Virus record (IMG/VR): IMGVR_UViG_3300046740_000859
Length of the DNA: 24,761 nt
Strand: one strand, 5' to 3'
From: an uncultured virus (IMG/VR IMGVR_UViG_3300046740_000859)
Lineage: Duplodnaviria > Heunggongvirae > Uroviricota > Caudoviricetes
Shown: in pieces, positions 17,055-24,000 of the stretch
Layout: the number at the start of each line of letters is the position of its first letter
Position numbering within the stretch: position 1 is the stretch's first letter
Made by a program: the position numbers and the translations under genes
The notes under the pieces: model-generated
Databases searched by the model: none
What the model was told of the DNA's origin: nothing
The model's input: only the letters and a program-made list of their open reading frames with translations

Positions 17055-17120
17055 AGGCTAAAGCCGGACGCGGGTAGAGGTCAAGCTTTCTTTGTCGGCT
17101 TGTTTCGTCGGTAAACATCT
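17055..17120. promoter_or_regulatory. Second divergent control region
   Basis: Minus: TTGACC(17084)-N18-TAGCCT(17060), the same -10 and spacer as at 11.7 kb. Plus: TTGTCG at 17092, with a weak -10. Confidence 0.6.
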
Positions 17121-17127
17121 GTTACGA

Positions 17128-17340
17128 ATGTCCGTTATGGTCGAAAACGAAGCCGATATCATGGTCGCCACACGCGTCGACAAGCCGCTGTACGCGAAGC
17201 TTCTAAAACGCCAGCGAGATGTCAAGAAGATGACCGGTATCGCTCCTAGCGTTAGCGCCATCGTGCGCGCGCTGATTGCGGAAGGGGTCGACAAGCCCGC
17301 AACAAGAAACGCACCGAGAAGGCACACACAACGAGAATGA
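17128..17340 (+). CDS. Ribbon-helix-helix protein
   Basis: IMVATRVDKPLYAKL...SVSAIVRALIAEGV; start 17128 or 17137. Confidence 0.72.
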   Translation: MSVMVENEADIMVATRVDKPLYAKLLKRQRDVKKMTGIAPSVSAIVRALIAEGVDKPATRNAPRRHTQRE

Positions 17341-17780
17341 GCCGACGCTTCGTCTACTTTATTCAACGCGGAGGGGATGGTCCGATCAAAATAGGCACTA
17401 CCTCAAACAAGCTTAGGTCGCGCCTAAGAGAAGTGCAGATCGGATCTCCCGATCCGTTGTACTTGATCGGACACATTCGAGGTCTGGAAGCAGACGTGCA
17501 CATCAGGTTTCAGAGGTACCGTATTTCTGGAGAGTGGTTCGAGCCGCACGAAGACATCCTCAACTTCGTACGTTTGAACAGGCTACCCGCTCCTCTCAAC
17601 GACGAATATATACCTATGTCAATCCGAAACATGGAGGGCCCTCTACGGGTAGCGGTAGAACGAGAAAGACAAAAGGCGAGCTTGTTACTAGGTGAAGAGG
17701 TAACAGCGGGTGCGGTCATTCGGGGGATTTTGAAAAGGGCGTTGCTCGATAAGCCGCGCCGACTCAAAAAGGTTCCATGA
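17337..17780 (+). CDS. GIY-YIG (T5orf172/MUG113-like) domain fused to a C-terminal RHH-like domain
   Basis: FVYFIQ...IKIGTT...RLREVQIGSP...EADVHIRF...RISGEWF; the C-terminus is similar to the RHH at 11790. Confidence 0.82.
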   Translation: MSRRFVYFIQRGGDGPIKIGTTSNKLRSRLREVQIGSPDPLYLIGHIRGLEADVHIRFQRYRISGEWFEPHEDILNFVRLNRLPAPLNDEYIPMSIRNMEGPLRVAVERERQKASLLLGEEVTAGAVIRGILKRALLDKPRRLKKVP

Positions 17781-18097
17781 AAATTGAACACCACACGTTC
17801 GTCGGGATGATGTTCGGTGCGCTCATCGCTCTGGGTATCACCTTCGGGCATCGGTGGCGTGAACAACACGCGCCTGTCGCAACGAAGCCGCACGCGACAG
17901 CGTCGACAGCGCCGCAAGTAGTCTCACCTGCGCCCACGACGCAAACAGCGCAAGATGCGTGGCTAGGCAGACGCGCTCTGGAGTTCGACAAGTGCGCCAC
18001 GTTACACGGCACGCCCACGCTCGGCTTCGGTATGAGGGTCGTGTGCTTGGATTCGCACGCCGTGAAGTTCATCGGCGAAGAGCATCCGCCGTACTAG
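17777..18097 (+). CDS. Single-pass membrane or secreted protein
   Basis: N-terminal TM, Pro/Thr/Ala linker, and a small domain with a Cys pair. Confidence 0.7.
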   Translation: MKIEHHTFVGMMFGALIALGITFGHRWREQHAPVATKPHATASTAPQVVSPAPTTQTAQDAWLGRRALEFDKCATLHGTPTLGFGMRVVCLDSHAVKFIGEEHPPY

Positions 18098-18127
18098 TTG
18101 ACAGCGGGGTGACGATCGTTGTACTTC
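18098..18127 (+). promoter_or_regulatory. Sigma70-type promoter, probably leaderless
   Basis: TTGACA(18098)-N18-TACTTC, then 7 nt to ATG 18135; no SD. Confidence 0.55.
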
Positions 18128-18134
18128 GGTACCC

Positions 18135-18395
18135 ATGGCATCGAAAGAAGAGCTGAAGGGGCTGTGGGTCGGCTGGACGCGCGACGCGATGACGCGGTAC
18201 GAGATGCCCGTCGAGATCGACGACGACGAGGATGCGGTCGAAGAGCTCGTCGACGAGATGATCGACGTCGCGACCGACTACGCCGACGGGATGCTCGAGG
18301 AGTACCAGAACCGGTTCGAGGGCGGTGCTCGCCGGAAACGTAAGAAGAAGAGCAAGGACCGCGACCCCGACGAAGACGAAGACGAAGATCCGTAA
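18135..18395 (+). CDS. Small highly acidic protein
   Basis: 86 aa, D/E-rich core, a basic patch and an acidic tail. Confidence 0.75.
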   Translation: MASKEELKGLWVGWTRDAMTRYEMPVEIDDDEDAVEELVDEMIDVATDYADGMLEEYQNRFEGGARRKRKKKSKDRDPDEDEDEDP

Positions 18396-18420
18396 CCGGT
18401 AGAAACCAGGAGAACCTCTG

Positions 18421-18576
18421 ATGGCATCCAAGAAAAAGAAGAAGACCAAGGTCAAGACCTCGAAGGCGAAGGCCCCGAAGACCGTGAAGGCGAGCAAGCA
18501 CCGCAAGTGCACCGTGTGCCGCAAGCTCGGGCACAACAAGCGGAGCCACGAGCGGGGCGGTACGCTCAACCCGTGA
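18421..18576 (+). CDS. 51-aa Lys-rich protein with zinc-knuckle-like CX2CX4HX4H
   Basis: Below the ORF-track cutoff; AGGAG RBS; MASKKKKKTKVKTSKAKAPKTVKASKHRKCTVCRKLGHNKRSHERGGTLNP. Confidence 0.75.
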   Translation: MASKKKKKTKVKTSKAKAPKTVKASKHRKCTVCRKLGHNKRSHERGGTLNP

Positions 18577-18725
18577 CCGCGTATTCGGTTCGGCAGAAGA
18601 CGCGTCCCGGGCGTCCTCCGAAGAAGAAAGCGGAGAACCCGAAGACGAAGCGCACGCACGAGGAAAGCATCAAGCGTCGGCACAACCCGCGTAGCATTCC
18701 GCCGTTCGGGAGACCTGCGAAGTGA
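18573..18725 (+). CDS. 50-aa basic protein with AT-hook-like motifs
   Basis: GTGA-coupled on both sides; RPGRPPKK and FGRPAK. Confidence 0.62.
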   Translation: MTAYSVRQKTRPGRPPKKKAENPKTKRTHEESIKRRHNPRSIPPFGRPAK

Positions 18726-19021
18726 GCATCAAGGACGAGAAACGTACGAAGGCGAGGGGGCTCATCGAGATCGCGCTCGACAAGGGCGCGACGTCGGAGG
18801 AGCGCAACTCCTCGGCGATGCTCGCGATCAAAGTCATCCGCAAGTACAAGTTGCTCGATCCGACGCCGCTCGACGGGATCCTCGAGCACGACACCGTCCG
18901 CGCGGTGAAAACCGTCGCCGACAAGCTCACCGATCCGGAGTTCACCGGCGGCCTCAAGACGCTGTTCAAGGAAGTGACAGCGGTGGCGGCGTCGTCGTCG
19001 AGGCGGCGGAGGCGGCGGTGA
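18722..19021 (+). CDS. DUF2786-like protein
   Basis: KARGLIEIALDKGATSEERNSSAMLAIKVIRKYKL resembles the DUF2786 helical pattern. Confidence 0.55.
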   Translation: MSIKDEKRTKARGLIEIALDKGATSEERNSSAMLAIKVIRKYKLLDPTPLDGILEHDTVRAVKTVADKLTDPEFTGGLKTLFKEVTAVAASSSRRRRRR

Positions 19022-19554
19022 AAGTAGTCGCTAGGGACGTAGACGGCACGCCTGAGATCGTGCTCTCGGAGGTCTTCTCAGGCATCGGCATCGAAACCGC
19101 CATGGGCCATTTCGGGATCGCGCAGCGCGACGACGGTATCGAGGTGATGCTCAACGGGAAGACCGTTTGGACGTCGCACGAGGTACCGAACGAGCCCGAG
19201 CTGTATCCTAGAGAGAAGGTGCTCGCACCCAACGGCCCCGGGATACGCCTCCCGGACGGCAGCGGCGCGTTCGTCGCGTCGTGGCCGCTCCCGAAGACGC
19301 ACTGGCTCTACGCTGAGGGCCCCAACGAGCCGCCGATGCCGATGCGCGTCGGCCTGGGCGCGAAGCGGAACGAGCTCGCCGACCAGATCAAAGCCGCGGC
19401 TCGTCACGCGATCCGCGCGAGCACCATGAACGGCAAGGAAACAGACTTCGATCCGGACGCGATGGTGCAGAACATGGTCATCGGGCTGCTCGGGTACTGG
19501 ACGGAGGACGGGCGAAGCGGTTCGTGCGGAGAGGTCGGACGGCGTGGCGAGTAG
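19018..19554 (+). CDS. Conserved phage hypothetical protein
   Basis: LPDGSG...PLPKTHWLY...RASTMNGKETDFDPDAMVQNMVIGLLGYWT, recalled as a conserved phage family. Confidence 0.75.
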   Translation: MKVVARDVDGTPEIVLSEVFSGIGIETAMGHFGIAQRDDGIEVMLNGKTVWTSHEVPNEPELYPREKVLAPNGPGIRLPDGSGAFVASWPLPKTHWLYAEGPNEPPMPMRVGLGAKRNELADQIKAAARHAIRASTMNGKETDFDPDAMVQNMVIGLLGYWTEDGRSGSCGEVGRRGE

Positions 19555-19822
19555 CCGCATGACGAAGCGTCAGAAGAAGTGGGAACGAGCGATATTCCGG
19601 AAGCGCTTTCGGCTCGAAGTGTTCGGTCGAGACTACGATGACGTGGCCATAGAGAAGGCCGTAGGTCGCGAGTCGGTGGGGTCAGGCACGGATCTCCAAA
19701 CTTGGCTCCGCGATCTGGAATTCGAGTTCAGCACGGAGCGCGCCGCACTCGCCGCCGCGCAGCGGATCAAGAAGACCGTCCGCGGTACGCGCTGCATGCT
19801 GCACAGCTCGAAGCGGGTCTAG
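19544..19822 (+). CDS. Hypothetical protein
   Basis: Last gene of the plus block; its stop overlaps the convergent gene's stop (CTAG). Confidence 0.65.
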   Translation: MASSRMTKRQKKWERAIFRKRFRLEVFGRDYDDVAIEKAVGRESVGSGTDLQTWLRDLEFEFSTERAALAAAQRIKKTVRGTRCMLHSSKRV

Positions 19823-20859
19823 TCCACGTCGCAGAACGGGCACTCCAGCTTCTTGTCTGCGTTCCAGGCCATGCGGGCACCGCAACGGAGACAAGGCGAA
19901 CGATCTCCTGGAGCTTGCCGTCTGTGAGGCCATTGTCCGTTACGGCGGAATGACGCCCGCTCCTTGTCGGAGGATTCGACGCATCGTTTTTTGTGGGAAG
20001 AGTAGTGCGTTGCAAGAATTTCGCAGCCGCAAGAAGAGCACGTACGTTTCTCTTCCTCGAAGATCGTCACATCCTGAAGCATTCTCTTGGTGAGAAGCCC
20101 CGTTATTTGCCGTTCATCCATCGGCCAGACTTGCCCGCAGGATCGGCAGTAGATGTGCCCTGGGGCCGATCTCTCGTAGCGTTTGCAACCGCAACCGGTG
20201 AACTCCGGCGGGGCCTCGAGGGTAACGGCTCTCCAGTCGAACTCGCCGGTGAAGAGCGAGGTGAGAAGCCGCCGATGTTTGCGCAGCAGCTTGTTCATCG
20301 CGATCAAACAGATTTGCCTCACCCTCTCGCGATTCACACCGAAAACGAGACCGATTTCCTTGAGCGTTTGACCGGGTTCGTCGCAAATCATCTCGTAGTA
20401 GCGCTCGGGCTGGACGATCCCGTTGCCGTCGGACGTGTCCGGAAGAGGTTCTCCGACCGGAAAGTCCATCTCACGTAGATCTTCCGTGATGTGATCCTCG
20501 ATCGCGTCGAGCTGCCGTTCGGTGTAGAGGCTTCCGTGCTCGTACCAATGTAGAAGGTAGAACTCGCGCCAGAAATCTGCGCGTACGCTCAATACGCCAC
20601 GGTACAGTTCTCGTTGACACGTCGCACACTGAGACTCGACATTGTTCTTCTTGGCTTGTTGGAGCCTCGCGGTGGTCCTGATCGCGTGCCGTCCGCACTC
20701 GCATTCGCAGAGCCACAGAACGCCGCGCTGGTTCTTGTCAACCGGACGCAGCGCGGTGAGCGCACCGAAAACTCGCCCTTGAATGTCGTGTGCGCGCTCG
20801 GGGAGTTCGATTTCTTCGGGCAGCGACTGTCCGGAAGGCGAGAGCTCGGCGGGCGTCAC
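19819..20859 (-). CDS. Multidomain protein: homing-endonuclease-associated N-terminal Cys domain + sigma70 region 4 HTH + Zn ribbons
   Basis: DIQGRVFGALTAL...WLCECECG...SQCATC; QTLKEIGLVFGVNRERVRQICLIAMNKL; C-terminal CGC/CRSC, CSSC/HKKRC, CLRC/CPFC. GTG 20859 is coupled. Confidence 0.78.
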   Translation of the reverse strand: MTPAELSPSGQSLPEEIELPERAHDIQGRVFGALTALRPVDKNQRGVLWLCECECGRHAIRTTARLQQAKKNNVESQCATCQRELYRGVLSVRADFWREFYLLHWYEHGSLYTERQLDAIEDHITEDLREMDFPVGEPLPDTSDGNGIVQPERYYEMICDEPGQTLKEIGLVFGVNRERVRQICLIAMNKLLRKHRRLLTSLFTGEFDWRAVTLEAPPEFTGCGCKRYERSAPGHIYCRSCGQVWPMDERQITGLLTKRMLQDVTIFEEEKRTCSSCGCEILATHYSSHKKRCVESSDKERASFRRNGQWPHRRQAPGDRSPCLRCGARMAWNADKKLECPFCDVD

Positions 20860-21053
20860 GGTTTCGGCGCCGTTTTCTTCTTCAGCGGCGGCGTGTGCGT
20901 GATCGCGACGAACCCGTACTCCGCGATCGTCACGTCGGTGCCCTTGGCCCATTCGGCCATGCCTTCCATGAACTCCTTCGTGACGAGATGGCGCTCACCG
21001 TTGGCGCGGATCACAACCCAGATCCGATCGGGGAGTCCGCGGGGGGCGGTCAT
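20856..21053 (-). CDS. Hypothetical protein
   Basis: ATG 21053 with GAGGAG RBS; coupled on both sides. Confidence 0.7.
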   Translation of the reverse strand: MTAPRGLPDRIWVVIRANGERHLVTKEFMEGMAEWAKGTDVTIAEYGFVAITHTPPLKKKTAPKP

Positions 21054-21817
21054 GGTGCGGCTCCTCTCTTCGCGGCCTGCCGCTCGTAGTAGCGAACCTT
21101 CTGACGCCACTTCGAGAGCGTCCGCTGCGCCGCCTGAGCTCGTTTCTCGGATCGGGTGAGCATCTTGACGGCGTGAGCCGCTCGCCGCTCTACGAGGGCG
21201 CCAGAGGGGACCTTCGGCTTCTTGGGTTTCGGTTCGTAGGGGAACGTTTCGACCTTCCCCTCTGCGACGAGCCCCTCGAGAGCCGTCATGATGAGGCGAT
21301 CCATCGCGTACGCCGCGTTGTGCTCGTCGCCTCGGTCCTTCCCCTGAACCATCGGGACCTCGATACCCCAGAGCTCCCTCGCCGCTCGCCTGAGCGTCAG
21401 TTTGAACCGCTCTCCGTGGTGCTCACGCCTGGGGCACGCGAGGTGCACCATCTCGTGCATAAGGACTTCCAGGACCTCTGCCTTCGTCGCAGACGGCCCG
21501 TAGGCCACACGGAGGCTTCGTCGGTAGGTCGCGGCGTGTCCGGACCATCGAGCCTCGGTGCGGTGCCCGACGGAGAGCTTGATGTGGCCGAGGTTGCCGA
21601 CGAAGGGCGGGATCTTGCGGTACGCGGCGAACGCCTTGTCGAGATCGACCCCAGCGGCGACGTGGCCGAGCTTCCGGCGAGCGGCGGCGTCCTTCGCGAG
21701 GAGCTTCTGCTCGCACCGGTGGCAGCGTTCTTGAGGCTCCCAGGGGCCGCCGTCCTTGCGTTGGGCGCCGACGGAGGCGCCGCACTTGGGGCAGCGGAAG
21801 TCGGGGGCGAGTTCCAT
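21050..21817 (-). CDS. SprT-like zinc metalloprotease with N-terminal Zn ribbon
   Basis: EVLMHEMVHL...HHGERF; N-terminal CPKC...CHRC; basic C-terminal coiled helix. Confidence 0.8.
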   Translation of the reverse strand: MELAPDFRCPKCGASVGAQRKDGGPWEPQERCHRCEQKLLAKDAAARRKLGHVAAGVDLDKAFAAYRKIPPFVGNLGHIKLSVGHRTEARWSGHAATYRRSLRVAYGPSATKAEVLEVLMHEMVHLACPRREHHGERFKLTLRRAARELWGIEVPMVQGKDRGDEHNAAYAMDRLIMTALEGLVAEGKVETFPYEPKPKKPKVPSGALVERRAAHAVKMLTRSEKRAQAAQRTLSKWRQKVRYYERQAAKRGAAP

Positions 21818-21819
21818 GT

Positions 21820-22095
21820 TCAGTTCTCTCCGATCGGCTCACACCGATCCGCGAACCAGCCGCACTTCGCGGTGCAGCGGTAGTTGAACCACTTGCCGGC
21901 GATCTCGGTAGGGCCGTCTTGGCGAGGATCGAGGGTACGGACGAGCGGAGCGCCGCACTTCAAGCAGATGAGCGCCTCGATCTTCGCGTCGTCGGCCTTC
22001 ATGTCCGCGATCACGGCTTCGACTTGGTCCGCGGGAGCTCCGCCGTCGAGCAGGGCCTTGCGGTAGTTCTCGTACTTGTCGGTTCGGACGGTCAT
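21820..22095 (-). CDS. Zn-ribbon protein
   Basis: CLKC...CTAKC. Confidence 0.7.
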   Translation of the reverse strand: MTVRTDKYENYRKALLDGGAPADQVEAVIADMKADDAKIEALICLKCGAPLVRTLDPRQDGPTEIAGKWFNYRCTAKCGWFADRCEPIGEN

Positions 22096-22319
22096 TTGGG
22101 CTCCGATTCGTAGAGGTCCGCGAAGTCCGAGAAGTCAGACGTGATGGTGCCGTTGGTCCTGCACAGGAAGCGCAGGAGATCTACGAAAACGCAGAACACC
22201 TCGTTGGCGCCAGCGGCCATGGTCGCCTCCAACATCACCGTACGCAGAATTCGGAAGCGTTGCTCTGCCATGAAGTCCGATGGAACGTGGAGCTCGCCGC
22301 CGGATGGATCGTTCGTCAT
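22092..22319 (-). CDS. Hypothetical protein
   Basis: ATGA-coupled on both sides. Confidence 0.6.
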   Translation of the reverse strand: MTNDPSGGELHVPSDFMAEQRFRILRTVMLEATMAAGANEVFCVFVDLLRFLCRTNGTITSDFSDFADLYESEPK

Positions 22320-22510
22320 CGTTTCTTCTGCTGCTGCTCGGTTTGCTCCGCCCCTCGCACGATGAAGAGACGGATCACTTCGGTTCGGGTGACTGGATTC
22401 AACCCTGGCTGCGACATGCCCTGGGCGATCTTGTCGAGACGCTTCATGAGCGAGCTCGGTAGCTTGACCGCTGTCTGGATCTGTTCTTCCTGCTTCTCGG
22501 ACATACTCAT
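22316..22510 (-). CDS. Ribbon-helix-helix (CopG-like) protein
   Basis: IQTAVKLPSSLMKRLDKIA...TRTEVIRLFIVRG; GAAAGGA RBS. Confidence 0.8.
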   Translation of the reverse strand: MSMSEKQEEQIQTAVKLPSSLMKRLDKIAQGMSQPGLNPVTRTEVIRLFIVRGAEQTEQQQKKR

Positions 22511-22734
22511 CGTTCCTTTCGGGGGCGGTTTTTGATCCTGCTGATGACCTCGTCGAGGCCGGACTGCACCATCTCCGCTTCGCTGGCGAGCAAGGGCACG
22601 CGGCACGCGCGTTTCAGCTCTTCCAGGGTCTGAACGCACTGGTCGAGCTCCTCTTCCGTCGTCGTCCGCCGTCGCCCGAGGATGGGATCGAGCGTCTCGC
22701 GTGCGGAGTGAAGCTTCTCTCGAGCTTGGCTCAC
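22507..22734 (-). CDS. Hypothetical helical protein
   Basis: GGAGG RBS; coupled on both sides. Confidence 0.65.
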   Translation of the reverse strand: MSQAREKLHSARETLDPILGRRRTTTEEELDQCVQTLEELKRACRVPLLASEAEMVQSGLDEVISRIKNRPRKER

Positions 22735-23147
22735 AGCGCGCCTCCCTCGAAGAGCACGACTTGAGCCATCTGCGCGTGGGCGTCCCGAACATCGCCGCCA
22801 CTGAAGAACGCTTCCACCCCGTTGGGGCTGACGGCGAGCACCTCGAACCTGTTCGAGGTCGTATCGAGCCGCGTGACGTACGAACGATCGGGCTGCATCT
22901 GGAGCCAGGTAGTGAAGACGTCGAAAATCCGCTTCGACGCCTCGTTCTGTTTGTGTTGTATGGTCGGTACGAGCGCGATCTTGGCTGAGAGCCGAAGAAC
23001 GAGCCGCGCAGCGAGGTCGACGAAGGCGTCTTCGGGCTCCTTCTCGATGTAGGAGTCGTCCGTATCTCGGAGGACGTCTCGGAGGCTGCTGGCGAGCTCG
23101 CGCATCATAGTTTCGGCGGCGGTGGGGGTGGGATCGGAATGGATCAC
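22731..23147 (-). CDS. Hypothetical protein
   Basis: AGGAG RBS; coupled on both sides. Confidence 0.7.
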   Translation of the reverse strand: MIHSDPTPTAAETMMRELASSLRDVLRDTDDSYIEKEPEDAFVDLAARLVLRLSAKIALVPTIQHKQNEASKRIFDVFTTWLQMQPDRSYVTRLDTTSNRFEVLAVSPNGVEAFFSGGDVRDAHAQMAQVVLFEGGAL

Positions 23148-23317
23148 TTCGATGTCTCCTGAAGAGGGTGAGCGAGAAGCCAGAGCCCTACCGGGAGGCC
23201 AGGTAGTTCTGCGATGTGTTGGTTATCGAACACGATTCGATCGAACGGATTCGCTAACAAGGCGCGCTCCAGATGAAGGAGTTCGATGGCCCGCGCCTGT
23301 TCCGCGGTTAGCGTCAT
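23144..23317 (-). CDS. Small hypothetical protein (MTLTAEQARAI...)
   Basis: ATG 23317 overlaps the rhomboid stop; GGAGG RBS. Confidence 0.6.
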   Translation of the reverse strand: MTLTAEQARAIELLHLERALLANPFDRIVFDNQHIAELPGLPVGLWLLAHPLQETSK

Positions 23318-23871
23318 GCGACCTCCAGAACTTCGCTGTCGCACGCCTTCAAGAGCACGATGACGAGGAAGCCGACGCAGAACCCGCCGATGTGGCACCC
23401 GAACGAGACGTTGCCGTCGCCTCCGAAGAAGGCGTGCCAGACGTTGAGGCCGACGAACGCGACGACGAAGCCCATCAAGCGTGGGCGAAGTACCCCGGCC
23501 ACCGCGATGAGCCCGAAGATGGCCCCCGAGGCGCCAACTAGGGGCTCGGTTGCCGTCGGGCCCACCGCGACGTGGAGAAGTGCCCCGGCGGCGCCCGCGA
23601 GCAGGTACAGGGCCAAGAAGCCCAGATGGCCCAGGGCGCCCTCCACGATGATCCCGAAAAGGACCAGGAAGGCCATGTTGCCGGCGATGTGAACGAGGCT
23701 CGAAGGGTCGTGCAGGAAGAGGCTCGAGAAGAGGGGCCCCACGGCCCCTGAGTGCATGAAGCGGGCCGGGACCAGGCCGTACGCCTCGCAGGTCGCTTGG
23801 CCCCCGGAGGCGAGCTCGAACAGGTAGGCGAGGACGTTCGCGGCCACGAGCAGGAGGGTCACCAGGGGCAT
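23314..23871 (-). CDS. Rhomboid-family intramembrane serine protease
   Basis: About six TM helices; SLFLH, HIAGNM, VEGALG, catalytic GASG and CHIGGF. Confidence 0.93.
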   Translation of the reverse strand: MPLVTLLLVAANVLAYLFELASGGQATCEAYGLVPARFMHSGAVGPLFSSLFLHDPSSLVHIAGNMAFLVLFGIIVEGALGHLGFLALYLLAGAAGALLHVAVGPTATEPLVGASGAIFGLIAVAGVLRPRLMGFVVAFVGLNVWHAFFGGDGNVSFGCHIGGFCVGFLVIVLLKACDSEVLEVA

Positions 23872-23898
23872 GTAGGGCAGACGTGTAGCACGTGGAGA

Positions 23899-23971
23899 TA
23901 TTCACGGGCAACCTGAAGATTCTTGGGGTTCCAGCCGGGGTGTAGCGATATTATCGGGTTGCCCGTGAATA
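23899..23971. repeat. Perfect 15-bp inverted repeat in the third divergent region
   Basis: TATTCACGGGCAACC (23899-23913) and GGTTGCCCGTGAATA (23957-23971), 43-bp spacer. Confidence 0.9.
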
Positions 23972-24000
23972 CCGGCGGGGTAGGCTGCGTCGGACACCCC

